Notes under the pieces: generated by a model | The model's database searches: none | Told to the model about the DNA's origin: nothing | The model's input: the letters and a program-made list of their open reading frames with translations, nothing else | Program-made: the position numbers and the translations under genes | Origin: an uncultured Gammaproteobacteria bacterium | Lineage (GTDB): Bacteria; Pseudomonadota; Gammaproteobacteria; UBA9214 | Assembly (NCBI GenBank): GCA_963748215.1 | Contig: CAVVHS010000008.1 | Span: forward strand, 96,001-160,000 | Length of the DNA stretch: 64,000 nt | Reading direction: 5' to 3' | Shown here: positions 9,795-21,278 of the stretch, one piece after another | Numbering within the stretch: position 1 is the first letter of the stretch | Layout: each line of letters starts with the position of its first letter

Positions 9795-9991
9795 AGTGAC
9801 CCGTTTTCGTAGACAGCCATGATCGACAACAGCTCGGCCAGCACCAACTGGCGCTCGGCCGGGGTCAGCGGGCCGATCCCCGGGAGCTGCCGATTCGCCC
9901 GCAGGGCGTCGATGTGCTCGTAGACCTTGTCACAACCCTGTTGGCAAAGCTGTTCAACACAGCGTTCAATATCAGTCCCGGCACTCTTCAT
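9791..9991 (-). CDS. Small hypothetical protein
   Basis: 4-bp overlap with the yjbQ start; VEQLCQQGC..V..I and VLAELLSIMAVY look protein-like. Confidence 0.6.
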   Translation of the reverse strand: MKSAGTDIERCVEQLCQQGCDKVYEHIDALRANRQLPGIGPLTPAERQLVLAELLSIMAVYENGSL

Positions 9992-10154
9992 GTATCTGTT
10001 TCTCGGACCAAAACCCGGCATTTACAAGGGAATCACGTTCAGGAATTCGCACCTGGATCACAGATTCCGGGTAGCCGGTGTACTAGGCTGGAATCCGGTC
10101 ATACAACTGCGTCGGTAAATCATACCGCAGCGCAGGCCTGGTGGGGAAAACTGT

Positions 10155-10649
10155 ATGAAAACCCGGACACTCGCTATTATTTCGCTGATCACCACCTGTT
10201 GCTGGCTGCAAGGATGTGCCACATCACGCCAGCCATTCCCGGTCATGGACATGATCGCAGCCAGTGATATCCCGCCAGCCGATCCGGCCCTCGATCATTA
10301 CGTTGCCCGCGTTCCGGGCAATGTCGCAGAAACCGCAACAGTCGCACGCGCCATTACCCACATATCACTCGGCCGGGCCCGCGACCAGGCGAGCCAGCAG
10401 CTGTGCGAGGGCAGCAGGTTGATTCCCGGCGAGGTCGCGAGCGTCACCGGGCCTTTCCCGGCGGCCAACCCCGACAGCGTGGATGGCAAGCCGGTCTGGT
10501 ATTACCGCATCAGTCAGCAACCGGGCTTGCGCGGATGTGCCAAAGTGAACGAGGCACGCCTGTTCCAGGCCATGCAGAGCAACCTGCCCTTCTGGATCAG
10601 TATCGAACGCACCGGCGCACCCTACTCCGCACTTGGCATGCTGGAGTAA
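10155..10649 (+). CDS. Hypothetical lipoprotein
   Basis: Signal peptide ending in the lipobox LQGC. Confidence 0.65.
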   Translation: MKTRTLAIISLITTCCWLQGCATSRQPFPVMDMIAASDIPPADPALDHYVARVPGNVAETATVARAITHISLGRARDQASQQLCEGSRLIPGEVASVTGPFPAANPDSVDGKPVWYYRISQQPGLRGCAKVNEARLFQAMQSNLPFWISIERTGAPYSALGMLE

Positions 10650-12025
10650 CCCGGGTCGCCAGCCGGCGGGGGGGGTTCGAGCCCTGCGTTGATCGGACCC
10701 ACCACGTCGCGCAGCGTGCGCTGCTGCAAACCGTCATGCAGTGCCTGACCCAGTGCTGCCATCAGCTGATTCACGGCATCCGCAGTAGTCATCTGGGCCG
10801 AACTCAGATAGTGGCTCTCGCCGGCGATGCGCACGGCGTCGAGCAATTCGGCCAGCCGAATGGTTTCGAGGTCATGCTGCGGCAGATAGACCAGGGAGTC
10901 CTCGTCCTGCCATTCGACCAGGTAACCGGTATCGACCAGTACCCGGAGTATGCGGCTGACCGGCTCGTCCGGCAGACCCAGATACTCGATCAACTGTTCC
11001 AGCCTCCAGGGCGGCTTGTCATGAAAATGATGGTAGCCGACCAGATACATGAGCTGGAGTGCCAGTTGCTCGCGCAGGCGGTTGCTGAGCACGAAACGCA
11101 CCTGGTGCAGGGTCATGAACTTGGGATTCTGCACGAAATAGCTGATCTGCGAGCCGACCAGCAGGATCAGCCAGCTCAGGTACATCCAGATCAGCAGCAA
11201 AATGAGGATCGCAAAACTGGAATAGATGGCAGCATACTTCGCCGACGAGACGATAAATTCAGCAAAACCCCAGCCGGTGACTTTCCACAACACGCCCGCG
11301 ATCACACCACCGACCAGTGCGGCGCGAAACCGGACGCGGGTGTTCGGCATGACGACATAAATGAACGTGAAGGCCAGGCAGACCAGGATATAGGGTACCA
11401 GCCAGCCGAGATATAAGAACAGGGTCCCGAGCAGCTCGACCGAGGTCAGCTTCTGGGCAATTTCCGTATCCAGGATAGTGGCGGTGAATCCGACCGCACT
11501 GAATATCAGCACCGGCCCGATGGTGATCACGCTGAGATAGTTACTGAAGCGCTGTGCCATGGGGCGCAGCCGCTCGATCTGCCAGACAAAATTGAATGCC
11601 GCCTCGATTTTCTGTACCAGTGCAATCACGGTATAGATCAGCAGCGCAAAACCGACTGAACCCAGCATGCCGACCTTCATGTTGTCGACAAAGCCGATGA
11701 TAACCCCGGTGACTTCAGCCCCGCTCGGCCCGAGTGGCTCGAGCATGATATTGAACAGGTAGTGCTCGAGGCGTTGATGATAGCCAAAGCCCTTCAGCAC
11801 CGAGAAACTGACCGCAAGCAGCGGCACCAGAGACAGCAGGGTCGTATAGACAAGACTCATGGCACGCAGATTGAGTTGTCCGCCCAGGAGTTCCCGCAAC
11901 AGCATGTGAAACACACGCAGCACGAACACCACCATCCTGCGCACGCCGGCGAGCTCACGCAGATCATCGTCCCAGACGAACGATCTCAGGGCAGCGATAT
12001 TCCTGTTCAGCAGGTATGGCATCAA
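10622..12025 (-). CDS. YihY/BrkB family membrane protein with a soluble C-terminal extension (possibly winged helix)
   Basis: RAMSLVYTTLLSLVPLLAV, IEAAFNFVW and YAAIYSSFA..LIWMYLSW. Confidence 0.88.
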   Translation of the reverse strand: MMPYLLNRNIAALRSFVWDDDLRELAGVRRMVVFVLRVFHMLLRELLGGQLNLRAMSLVYTTLLSLVPLLAVSFSVLKGFGYHQRLEHYLFNIMLEPLGPSGAEVTGVIIGFVDNMKVGMLGSVGFALLIYTVIALVQKIEAAFNFVWQIERLRPMAQRFSNYLSVITIGPVLIFSAVGFTATILDTEIAQKLTSVELLGTLFLYLGWLVPYILVCLAFTFIYVVMPNTRVRFRAALVGGVIAGVLWKVTGWGFAEFIVSSAKYAAIYSSFAILILLLIWMYLSWLILLVGSQISYFVQNPKFMTLHQVRFVLSNRLREQLALQLMYLVGYHHFHDKPPWRLEQLIEYLGLPDEPVSRILRVLVDTGYLVEWQDEDSLVYLPQHDLETIRLAELLDAVRIAGESHYLSSAQMTTADAVNQLMAALGQALHDGLQQRTLRDVVGPINAGLEPPPPAGDPGYSSMPSAE

Positions 12026-12301
12026 TCGTTCCTCGTGTCACCTGTCCGCTATTGTCTACACTACTCAGCCCGGCCGCCGGGTGCCAGCCTGCCTGCTGCG
12101 GTCGCCCGGCCGGCAGTCCTGCTCCGCCGGCCCGGGATGGAAAATCCTGCAGCTACTGGCCCCCTGTCCCGGGAATTTGCCGATTTACCAGGATTATGGC
12201 CATTGCAGCGCAGGTTTTCGCCCGGCCAGGGCCGACTAAAGACACACCCCTGGTCGCCGATACCACCAGATGTATCGATATAGACCCCACGGGCGCAAGA
12301 A

Positions 12302-13801
12302 ATGAGCGAGATATCCGGCAACAAACAACGTCTCTTGATCGTTGACGACTCCAAGGTCATCCGGGTCACCGCCCGCAAGATTCTGCAGAATCACTTCGAT
12401 ACTGTCGAAGCCGTCGATGGTAACAATGCCTGGGATATCCTGACCAGCCAGGAACCGTTTACCCTGATCGTCTCCGACCTGACCATGCCCAACCTGGATG
12501 GCTTCGGCCTGCTGGAAAAGATCCGCAACTCGCACCTGCCGCATGTAAGTGATATTCCGGTCATCATAATTACCGGCGCAAATGACTCCGAGACGACCAT
12601 GCAGCGCGCTACCGCGGCCGGTGCCACCGACTTCATCGGCAAACCGTTCGATTCCGTCCACCTGCTGGCACGTACCCAGGCACATGCAAGCTCCTACTCG
12701 ATCAACAACGCGCTGACGGACGAGAATATTTCGCTTGAAGACCAGTCACTGGTCGATCCGCTGACCGGTCTGGCGAATGACACGGCCTTTATGGAACAGG
12801 GTTGCCAGCAACTGGCCTACGCGATCCGGCACGACACGGGACTGGCGCTTGCCAGCCTCGAGATCAACGATTTCAGCGACCTGGTCAAGCAGCATGACAC
12901 GGATGCCGGTGAACTGGTCATCAAGGCGGTCGGCTCGGCGCTGGCGGCGAATATACGCAAGGAAGACATGGCAGCACGCACCGGCACGGCGCGATTTGCC
13001 TTGCTGCTGCCCAGCATGAACACAGCCGGCGTCAGCAAGCTTTCCGAACGGATCACCGGGGACATCGGCAAGCATGCCGTGATTGTCGGTGGCAAGCGGG
13101 TACGGTTTACCGTAAGCATCGGGATTGCCGTGCCCGACATAAAGCCCGACACAAGCTTCGATGACCTGCTCGCCTCTGCAGGCGACAGCCTGAAACAGGC
13201 CAGAGCCAGCGGCAGCAACCGGGTAATACCGGATGAACCACATATAGATGAGGAATTGCAGGATACTGCAGAACCAGGCATGGAATGGTCGCTTGAGCCG
13301 ATCGAACAAAAGGCCTCGTTCCTCAGTCCGGAGCAGGACGAGGCCTTGCCGGACATTGAAAGTGTGGAGATCGCAACCCTGGAACCGCCCCCCGAACTGG
13401 ATGCCGATCTGGCGCTGGACACCGGTGGTATTGTGCTGGAAAGCGAGCCGGACGAGACCGACCGGATGGAACCGTTAGTCGAGGCACACTTCGACACGAC
13501 ACTGGTCACGGACACTGCCGCAGAGGAACATGAGGAAACGATTATCATCACCTCGCCTTACAGCCTGTATGATCTCGAAGAAGTGGAGATAACAAGCCCG
13601 GCAGCGGATCCGGACACCACGGCTGAAGTGGACGATCAGGTCGAGGCATATTCACCGCCGGCACCGGAGACGGCGGAATCCGCGACACAGGCCATAACGG
13701 AATCTGCAATGCTGGATGAAACCGATGACGCGGAGACTATGGAAGACCGGCCCGGGATATTGCGGCGACTGTTGCGCGCCCTGTTTGGCAGAAGGGACTA
13801 G
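12302..13801 (+). CDS. Response regulator with a degenerate GGDEF domain and an acidic tail
   Basis: REC motifs LIVDDS, SDLTMP and GKPF; DPLTGL; active site reads ARTGTARF; the RKED I-site is kept. Confidence 0.85.
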   Translation: MSEISGNKQRLLIVDDSKVIRVTARKILQNHFDTVEAVDGNNAWDILTSQEPFTLIVSDLTMPNLDGFGLLEKIRNSHLPHVSDIPVIIITGANDSETTMQRATAAGATDFIGKPFDSVHLLARTQAHASSYSINNALTDENISLEDQSLVDPLTGLANDTAFMEQGCQQLAYAIRHDTGLALASLEINDFSDLVKQHDTDAGELVIKAVGSALAANIRKEDMAARTGTARFALLLPSMNTAGVSKLSERITGDIGKHAVIVGGKRVRFTVSIGIAVPDIKPDTSFDDLLASAGDSLKQARASGSNRVIPDEPHIDEELQDTAEPGMEWSLEPIEQKASFLSPEQDEALPDIESVEIATLEPPPELDADLALDTGGIVLESEPDETDRMEPLVEAHFDTTLVTDTAAEEHEETIIITSPYSLYDLEEVEITSPAADPDTTAEVDDQVEAYSPPAPETAESATQAITESAMLDETDDAETMEDRPGILRRLLRALFGRRD

Positions 13802-14015
13802 CGGCCACCGACAGACCCGGCCCCGAAGTATTCGAACCACCTCGACCAGCCTGTTCCGGGCTGACTGAAACTGCACCCAGGCTACCGCATTCCGGCTGTT
13901 GCTCGCATGGCAATGGCGGATGGGAGCGCAGCAACGCGGGATGGCATTTCCTGCCGCTGGCTGAATATAATCACACCCGGACAAGCCTGCGCAGCGAGCG
14001 CCTCCGGGAGCAGTC

Positions 14016-14498
14016 ATGCCATCTTTCGATATCGTCTCCGAAGTCAACATGCACGAAGTCAGCAACGCCGTGGACCAGACCAACCGCGAGGTTGGCAACC
14101 GATTCGACTTCAAGGGCACGGATTCGCGCATTGAGCACACCGATGCAGTCCTCATTGTGCATAGCGACAGTGAATTCCAGATCAGGCAGATCCTCGACAT
14201 CCTGCACCAGAGACTTGCCAGGCGTGGCGTCGATATCGCCGCGCTCGAGGAAGGCGAAGTCGAGAGTCGCGGCAACAGGGCCAACCTGGCGATAACCGTA
14301 CGCCAGGGCATCGATCAGGATACTGCCAGACAACTGATCAAGTTGGTCAAGACATCGAAACTCAGGGTCCAGGGCAGCATCCAGGGTGACAAGGTACGCA
14401 TCACCGGCAAAAACCGTGATGATTTACAGAAAACAATCAGTACCTTGCGCAATGCCGCACTGGACCTGCCACTGCAATTCAACAATTTCCGTGATTAA
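14016..14498 (+). CDS. yajQ: YajQ family nucleotide/c-di-GMP-binding protein
   Basis: MPSFDIVSEV, RFDFKG, IQGDKVRITGK and LQFNNFRD. Confidence 0.95.
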   Translation: MPSFDIVSEVNMHEVSNAVDQTNREVGNRFDFKGTDSRIEHTDAVLIVHSDSEFQIRQILDILHQRLARRGVDIAALEEGEVESRGNRANLAITVRQGIDQDTARQLIKLVKTSKLRVQGSIQGDKVRITGKNRDDLQKTISTLRNAALDLPLQFNNFRD

Positions 14499-14608
14499 TC
14501 CCTCTGCTTCCCGTACTCGCCTGGATAACCGCATCGCTGTTCAGACTTGCCGCCAAGTAGATTAGAATAGGCGACTTTTCTCAACGCACATCAGCTGGAT
14601 ACCAGCCC

Positions 14609-15148
14609 ATGACAAAATCAGATCAGACCGGCGTTTCCGGCAAGAGCAGCTTCACGAAAGAGGATTTGCTCGACTGCGGCCACGCCCGCTTGTTCGGACC
14701 CGGCAATGCCCAGCTGCCCCTGCCCCCCATGCTGATGTTCGACCGGATCGTCCAGATCAGCAACAACGGTGGCGACCACAGCAAGGGCCATATCGTCGCC
14801 GAGCTGGATGTCACGCCCGACCTGTGGTTCTTCGCCTGTCATTTCGAGAACGATCCGGTGATGCCAGGCTGCCTGGGCCTGGACGCCATGTGGCAGCTGG
14901 TCGGCTTCTATCTCGGCTGGGCCGGCAGCCCCGGGCGGGGACGCGCACTCGGCGCCGGGGAAGTCAAGTTCAGCGGCCAGGTGACACCGAAAAACAAGAT
15001 GATCACCTACCGCATCCACATGAAACGTGTCATCCAGCGCAAGCTGAACATGGGCATAGCGGATGGAGTCATGGAAGTGGACGGGCGTGTAATATACAGC
15101 GCAAGCAACTTGCGCGTTGGACTGTTTACCACCACTGACAATTTCTAG
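14609..15148 (+). CDS. fabA: 3-hydroxyacyl-ACP dehydratase/isomerase FabA
   Basis: [18 protein letters not shown] and [23 protein letters not shown]. Confidence 0.97.
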   Translation: MTKSDQTGVSGKSSFTKEDLLDCGHARLFGPGNAQLPLPPMLMFDRIVQISNNGGDHSKGHIVAELDVTPDLWFFACHFENDPVMPGCLGLDAMWQLVGFYLGWAGSPGRGRALGAGEVKFSGQVTPKNKMITYRIHMKRVIQRKLNMGIADGVMEVDGRVIYSASNLRVGLFTTTDNF

Positions 15149-15158
15149 GGTTCAGATT

Positions 15159-16379
15159 ATGCGTCGTGTAGTCATTACCGGTATCGGCATTGTTTCCAGT
15201 CTTGGCAACAACAAGGAGGATGTCAGCAACTCCCTGCGTGACGGTCGTTCGGGCATCGAGTATATCGAGGAGTACCAGGAACTTGGCTTCCGCAGCCAGG
15301 TAGCGGGTACGGTCACGATCGATACAGACGCCCTGATCGACCGCAAGCTGCGGCGTTTCATGGGCAACAGCGCCGCCTACAACTACATCGCCATGCAGGA
15401 AGCCATCGAGGACTCCGGACTGCCCGAGGACATGGTTTCCAATGACCGCACCGGCCTTATTGCCGGTTCGGGTGGCGCCTCTACCGAAAACGTGGCACTG
15501 GCAATCGATACGCTGCGCGAAAAAGGCATTCGACGGGTCGGTCCCTACATGGTGCCGCGCACCATGTCGAGCACCAATTCGGCCTGCCTGGCCACACCGT
15601 TCCGTATCCGCGGTGTTAACTACTCGATCAGCTCCGCCTGTTCCACCAGCGCGCATTGCATCGGTAACGGCTATGAACTGATTCAGTTCGACAAGCAGGA
15701 TATCGTGTTCGCGGGCGGCGGCGAGGAACTGCACTGGACGCTGACGCTTATGTTCGATGCCATGGGCGCACTGTCATCCAAGTACAACGACAGGCCGGAG
15801 ACCGCGTCCCGGCCCTATGATGCAACCCGTGATGGCTTCGTCATCGCCGGCGGCGGCGGCATGGTGGTGCTCGAGGAACTGGAACATGCGCGCGCACGCG
15901 GCGCGAAGATCTATGCTGAACTCGTTGGCTACGGCGCCACCTCCGACGGCTATGACATGGTGCAACCGTCCGGCGAAGGCGCCGTACGCTGCATGCAGCA
16001 GGCACTGTCTACGGTCAGCGAACCGGTCGACTATATCAACGCACACGGCACCAGCACCCCGGTCGGCGACATGCGTGAACTCGAAGCGGTACGCAATGTG
16101 TTTGGTGACAGGATTCCCCGGATCAATTCCACCAAGGCGCTGTCGGGGCATTCCCTGGGGGCCGCCGGCGTGCACGAGGCGATCTACTCGCTGCTCATGA
16201 TGCAGGGGGATTTCCTCTGCGCCTCGGCGAATATCACCGAAATCGACCCGCTGGGTGCGGATTTCCCGATCATCCGCGAGCGCATCGACAATGCCGGCGC
16301 CAACATCATGATGTCGAACAGTTTCGGCTTCGGCGGTACCAACGCCACCCTGGTTTTCAGGCGCTGGCAGGATAACTGA
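15159..16379 (+). CDS. fabB: Beta-ketoacyl-ACP synthase I FabB
   Basis: [35 protein letters not shown] and SNSFGFGG; follows fabA. Confidence 0.96.
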   Translation: MRRVVITGIGIVSSLGNNKEDVSNSLRDGRSGIEYIEEYQELGFRSQVAGTVTIDTDALIDRKLRRFMGNSAAYNYIAMQEAIEDSGLPEDMVSNDRTGLIAGSGGASTENVALAIDTLREKGIRRVGPYMVPRTMSSTNSACLATPFRIRGVNYSISSACSTSAHCIGNGYELIQFDKQDIVFAGGGEELHWTLTLMFDAMGALSSKYNDRPETASRPYDATRDGFVIAGGGGMVVLEELEHARARGAKIYAELVGYGATSDGYDMVQPSGEGAVRCMQQALSTVSEPVDYINAHGTSTPVGDMRELEAVRNVFGDRIPRINSTKALSGHSLGAAGVHEAIYSLLMMQGDFLCASANITEIDPLGADFPIIRERIDNAGANIMMSNSFGFGGTNATLVFRRWQDN

Positions 16380-16387
16380 CGGGCGGT

Positions 16388-17452
16388 TTATTTAAAGCGC
16401 AGCGGCGCCCGTGAATCGCGCCAGCGCTGGAATGTCGCGTAATCCCGGTAGCCACCCTCGATGATGAAATCGAGCACATTCTGCAGTCGATAGAACTGCA
16501 CCACCGAATCCACGCGGATGATCTCGGCACCGTTGTCATCGAAAAATACCAGGGTCGGGGTGTAGAACAGCCGCATTTCTTCCGCCCACTTGCGGGCCGT
16601 GGTGCGCTCGCCGGCGGGCGTAATCACCGGTGTATCTTCCCAGTACGAAAGCTGCACGACTTCCAGCTGCCCGATGCGACGCCGGATCCCGGGCTCCTGC
16701 AGTGGCCCGGTGTGCAGCACGTCGCAGGCATGGCAATTGCCCTGCTCGAATATCACCAGCAGGGGGCGCTCACCGGGTATACGACTGCGATCGAGCATGT
16801 ACGGCCCGGGAATGAAGAAGGATTCCTCGCTCAGGTCGCCGGGCTCGAATACCAGCGGTACGTCCGCACGGGCGAGATAGTCACGGAACGCCTCGTTGCG
16901 ATAATGCCCATCCGCGACAAATTCCATCGCTGCGCGAAACCGGTACGGAGGATAGTAGCCACGCAGGCGCAGCGCCTCCTCGCCGTCCTGGTCATAGAAG
17001 ACGAGCGAGGGGGTAAAATTGGTTCGTTCGCGTGATGCGAACTGGTGCTCGTCGAGTACCGCCCCCTCGAGATCGGTAACGGTGTTCTGCCCATGAATAT
17101 CGATGCCGATAATGTCGAAGTGATCCTGCAGGTAGGCCCGGATATCCTCCTTCGTCAGATCCTTTTCCAGGAACTGGCGGCAGTAGGCACAGTATTTCTG
17201 CCCAAAGTAGAGAATCAGACCTGCCTTGCCCTCGTCACGAACGTCCTGCAGGTCCTCACGCAAATCGAGAAAGCTCAGCTTGAACCAGTCCGGAAAGCTC
17301 AACGGCTCTTCCAGCGGCTGATCATCGAACAGCAGGTGATCCTCCTCGGCCGCCGACAGCGACATCATCACCACCCAGAGCAACAGCACCAGCAATCGGC
17401 CTGGCGTGCGCACCAGGCCCGGGATCAGGGAGCGGTAATCAGTATTGCGCAT
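16388..17452 (-). CDS. SoxW-like periplasmic protein with two thioredoxin domains
   Basis: Signal peptide; PDWFKLSFLDLREDL; two CxxC motifs (CAYC and CHAC), each followed by an FTP/YTP cis-Pro motif. Confidence 0.8.
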   Translation of the reverse strand: MRNTDYRSLIPGLVRTPGRLLVLLLWVVMMSLSAAEEDHLLFDDQPLEEPLSFPDWFKLSFLDLREDLQDVRDEGKAGLILYFGQKYCAYCRQFLEKDLTKEDIRAYLQDHFDIIGIDIHGQNTVTDLEGAVLDEHQFASRERTNFTPSLVFYDQDGEEALRLRGYYPPYRFRAAMEFVADGHYRNEAFRDYLARADVPLVFEPGDLSEESFFIPGPYMLDRSRIPGERPLLVIFEQGNCHACDVLHTGPLQEPGIRRRIGQLEVVQLSYWEDTPVITPAGERTTARKWAEEMRLFYTPTLVFFDDNGAEIIRVDSVVQFYRLQNVLDFIIEGGYRDYATFQRWRDSRAPLRFK

Positions 17453-17473
17453 GCTCAATAGTTTTCCCACATT

Positions 17474-17881
17474 TCAATTGCCCGGACGATAACTAGCGTG
17501 ACTCGTGTCGGTTTCCCATAAGGCCACCTCGACCACCGGGAAACCACTTCCGGCCAGGTACTCGAAGATCATGCGCGCGATGACCTCGGCAGTCGGGTTC
17601 TCATCCGTGACGCGCACCCGCTCGCCGGCATCCTGCAACAGCGGCAGCAGCGGATCATCACGGCATAGTAACAGCGTGTGATCGATTTCCTCGTCCAGCC
17701 AGCCCCGTGCCACCCGCTTGAGTTCGCTGAAATCCTCCACCATGCCCCGTTCATCCAGTTCATCGCTCTCCAGGGTAATCACCGCACGCGCATTGTGACC
17801 GTGCAAGTGTCTGCACTTGCCGCCATAATTTAGCAGACGATGGCCATAGCAAAAGGCAACGGATTTCATGACACGGTACAT
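17474..17881 (-). CDS. queD: 6-carboxytetrahydropterin synthase QueD (PTPS family)
   Basis: GHRL..Y.GKCRHLHGHN, DH, NPTAE and LWET. Confidence 0.88.
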   Translation of the reverse strand: MYRVMKSVAFCYGHRLLNYGGKCRHLHGHNARAVITLESDELDERGMVEDFSELKRVARGWLDEEIDHTLLLCRDDPLLPLLQDAGERVRVTDENPTAEVIARMIFEYLAGSGFPVVEVALWETDTSHASYRPGN

Positions 17882-18082
17882 ACACGGACCCATATTCAGT
17901 CAGTTAGCTGGCGGATATGAATAAATACTTGCGATCATTCCGCTAACAGGGGCACTATCATGCTGGTCTGGCGCCCTGTTGTCATTTTAAGAACCCTACC
18001 CCACCATGGCTATACATATCTTCAATATTGTTATTAGAATGTTATCCATGTCGATGATTCCAAACACCTTGAACGGAACCTG

Positions 18083-18478
18083 ATGCGCGGCATGCCGACC
18101 TGGACCATCCTGGGTGGCGGCTATCAGTCGTACCTGAAAGGTGACTACGACGCTGCCTACGAGGAATGGCTGCCGCTGGCGGAGCTGGGAGACACCGAGG
18201 CCCAGTACAACATCGGCGTTATGTACGACGAAGGCGCCGGCCGGCCGCAGGATCTCGCCCTTGCCGCCGCCTGGTACCGCAAGGCCGCGCAACAGGGTTT
18301 CATGGATGCGCAAACCAACCTCGGCATGATGTACTACCATGGCCAGGGTGTTGGCCAGGACCGTGAGGAAGCGGCGAAATGGTTCCGACTGGCAGCAGAC
18401 CAGGGCGACAAAGAAGCCACCGGATACCTGCAGATACTCGAAACCACCTGCCGCGACGGGCAGAAATCCTGCGCCTGA
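18083..18478 (+). CDS. Sel1-repeat protein
   Basis: AQYNIGVMYDEGAG..QD..AAAWYRKAAQQG followed by a second Sel1 repeat; start uncertain. Confidence 0.85.
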   Translation: MRGMPTWTILGGGYQSYLKGDYDAAYEEWLPLAELGDTEAQYNIGVMYDEGAGRPQDLALAAAWYRKAAQQGFMDAQTNLGMMYYHGQGVGQDREEAAKWFRLAADQGDKEATGYLQILETTCRDGQKSCA

Positions 18479-18578
18479 CAGTGCCGTCGCCCGCACGCCC
18501 CATCGCATACTTTCACTATTAGTCAGATAGTTACAGAACATACCGCATGTTAGACAGCAACTCAGCAAGGGCGGCCAG

Positions 18579-19637
18579 GTGAACGAGACATCCGACACAA
18601 GCATGCCGCCGATCGTGATCGATCAGGCCTATCCGCTGCCCGGCAGCATCGGCCGACCCGACTACGAAGCCGGCGAGCGCGAGGCCCTGATCGACGAAAT
18701 CAGGGAACTGTTGCGCGAGAAGAACGCGGTACTGGTTGCGCACTACTACACGGATGAAGACCTGCAGATGATCGCCGACCTGACCGGCGGCACTGTCTCC
18801 GACTCGCTGGAGATGGCACGCTTCGGCAACCAACATCCGGCCTCGACACTGGTCGTGGCCGGGGTACGTTTCATGGGCGAGACGGCAAAGATCCTCAACC
18901 CCGAAAAGCGGGTACTGATGCCGACGCTCAGGGCGGAGTGCTCGCTGGACCTCGGCTGTCCGCCGGACAAATTCATCCCGTTCTGCGATGCCCATCCCGA
19001 CCGGACCGTGGTGGTCTACGCCAATACCTGCGCGGAGGTGAAGGCGCGCGCAGACTGGGTGGTGACATCCAGTATCGCGGTGGACGTCGCCAGGCACCTC
19101 AAGGCGCAGGGCAAGAAGATTCTCTGGGCGCCGGACCGCTACCTCGGCGACTATGTGCGTCGCATCACCGGTGCCGACATGCTGCTGTGGCAGGCAAGCT
19201 GTATCGTGCATGAACGCTTCAAGGCAGAGGCCCTGCAGAACCTGGCACGCCAGTACCCGGATGCCGCGATCCTGGTGCATCCCGAATCGCCCGAGTCGGT
19301 CATCGCCCTGGCCGACGTGGTCGGCTCCACCACGCAGCTCATCAACGCTACCCGCCGGCTGCCCAACAAGCGCTTCATCGTCGCCACCGACAACGGCATC
19401 TTCTACAAGATGAAACAGGCGTCACCGGACAAGACCTTCATGGAAGCGCCGTCGGCCGGCGAAGGCGCCACCTGCGAAAGCTGCGCCCATTGCCCGTGGA
19501 TGGCGATGAATAACCTCCGCAACCTCGCCGAGGTACTGAGAACGGGCAGCAACGAAATCCACGTCGATCCGGAGGTCGGCAGGAAGGCGCTGCGGGCGAC
19601 GCAACGGATGGTCGATTTCGTTGCCGGCAAGGGCTGA
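18579..19637 (+). CDS. nadA: Quinolinate synthase NadA
   Basis: [34 protein letters not shown] and CAHCPWM. Confidence 0.97.
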   Translation: MNETSDTSMPPIVIDQAYPLPGSIGRPDYEAGEREALIDEIRELLREKNAVLVAHYYTDEDLQMIADLTGGTVSDSLEMARFGNQHPASTLVVAGVRFMGETAKILNPEKRVLMPTLRAECSLDLGCPPDKFIPFCDAHPDRTVVVYANTCAEVKARADWVVTSSIAVDVARHLKAQGKKILWAPDRYLGDYVRRITGADMLLWQASCIVHERFKAEALQNLARQYPDAAILVHPESPESVIALADVVGSTTQLINATRRLPNKRFIVATDNGIFYKMKQASPDKTFMEAPSAGEGATCESCAHCPWMAMNNLRNLAEVLRTGSNEIHVDPEVGRKALRATQRMVDFVAGKG

Positions 19638-19648
19638 ATTCCCGGCGC

Positions 19649-20674
19649 ATGCGCGGGCGGCTGAATGTTCTGCTGCTTGCGGCCAGCCTGCTGTGGGGAT
19701 GCAATCCCGCCGCTGACCCCGATACCGCCCCGCCCGTCCCGTTCGGGCCGCAGCATCTGGGGATCATCGTCAACGACAGCGACCCGCTGAGCCGGCAGAT
19801 CGCGGACTACTATTCCGCCAGGCGGCTGATACCGGCCAGGAATATCATCCACGTGCAGTTCCCTGCCGGCGACAGCGTCATGCGTCCGCAGGACTTCAGG
19901 CCGTTACGGGCACAGATCCTGCAGCAGACGCCGGAAACGGTCCAGGCCTACGTGCTGACCTGGACCGCACCCTACCGTGTCGGCTGCATGTCGATCACGA
20001 CCGCCCTGGCGGCTGGCTTCAGGAAGGAATTCTGCGCCGCGGGCTGCCAGCCCACGCAGGCCAGCCCCTATTTCGATTCGGACAGTCGCCGGCCCTATGA
20101 TGACTTCGGCTGGCGGCCGAGCATGATGCTCGCCGGCACGACCCTGTCCGATGTAAAGACCCTGATCGATCGCGGGGTGCGTGCCGACGGCACGCACCCC
20201 GCCGGTACCGGCTACCTGATGATCAGTTCCGACCGCGCCAGGAACACGCGCGCCCGTTTTTACCAGGGCATCCTGCTCATGCAGTCCGACCGCTTCAAAC
20301 TGCAAATGCTGCAACTGGACAGCCTGAAGTACCGGGACGATGTGATGTTTTACTTCACCGGCCTGGCACGGGTGCAGAATATCGATACAAATACCTTCCT
20401 GCCCGGCGCCATCGCCGATCACCTGACATCGGCTGGCGGCCAGCTCACCGACAGCTCGCAGATGAGCAGCCTGCGCTGGCTGGAAGCCGGCGCCACAGGC
20501 AGCTTTGGCAGTGTCACGGAACCGTGCAGTTTTGTGGAAAAATTTCCGCGCCCGAACGTCGTCATCGATCGCTACCTGAACGGCGAGACCCTGCTGGAAG
20601 CCTACTGGAAGAGCGTGCAATGGCCGGGACAGGGCCTGTTCATCGGCGAGCCGCTCGCCGCGCCGTTTCACTGA
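19649..20674 (+). CDS. TIGR03790 family lipoprotein
   Basis: Lipobox LWGC; SRQIADYY..RRLIP, GAIADHLTSAGG, GATGSFGSVTEP and FIGEPL. Confidence 0.8.
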   Translation: MRGRLNVLLLAASLLWGCNPAADPDTAPPVPFGPQHLGIIVNDSDPLSRQIADYYSARRLIPARNIIHVQFPAGDSVMRPQDFRPLRAQILQQTPETVQAYVLTWTAPYRVGCMSITTALAAGFRKEFCAAGCQPTQASPYFDSDSRRPYDDFGWRPSMMLAGTTLSDVKTLIDRGVRADGTHPAGTGYLMISSDRARNTRARFYQGILLMQSDRFKLQMLQLDSLKYRDDVMFYFTGLARVQNIDTNTFLPGAIADHLTSAGGQLTDSSQMSSLRWLEAGATGSFGSVTEPCSFVEKFPRPNVVIDRYLNGETLLEAYWKSVQWPGQGLFIGEPLAAPFH

Positions 20675-20769
20675 CCAGGTTGTACCTTCGGACAATATAC
20701 AGGACCTGCCCCCGCCCTTACCCTGTTACAGTAATACCGAACAAGACCAATAAAATCAGGAGCACCGCG

Positions 20770-21129
20770 GTGTCGCAGTATAAAAATCGTTTGCACCGTC
20801 GCAAATCGAACAAAATCAAGGTTGCAAAGCCGAACACACTGTCACTGCTCATGCACATTGCCAGGGCCACCGTACTGGACGGCATGCAGTGGCCCGTTAT
20901 TTTTTCCATCGTGCTGGCATTTGCACTGTACTATTTCGATGTCACCCACCATGAAAGCCTGACCATCCTCATCGTTACTTTCATTCTCGTTTCCGGCCTG
21001 ATACGCGGCTGCAATGCCTGGCAAGGCGACCTGGTCGAGTACCAGCGACTGCTCGCGATAGCCAGGCACGAGCAACTGGACGACGCAAAACACACTATCC
21101 CGGGATACTTTCCCTCGCATCGCTACTGA
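20770..21129 (+). CDS. Hypothetical membrane protein
   Basis: GTG after AGGAG; two hydrophobic segments. Confidence 0.55.
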   Translation: MSQYKNRLHRRKSNKIKVAKPNTLSLLMHIARATVLDGMQWPVIFSIVLAFALYYFDVTHHESLTILIVTFILVSGLIRGCNAWQGDLVEYQRLLAIARHEQLDDAKHTIPGYFPSHRY

Positions 21130-21278
21130 CCTGCAGCCGCAAGCACAGCGGGCGAGCCCATTGCCCCGTGCGCACACATCCTGCATGCCATAATAATCCC
21201 GCATTTGGGCCATCACCCTTGCGCCTTGCCTGATATCATCTGTATTGTTGCAGCTGTGTACCAACGCGCGTTCCTGTC

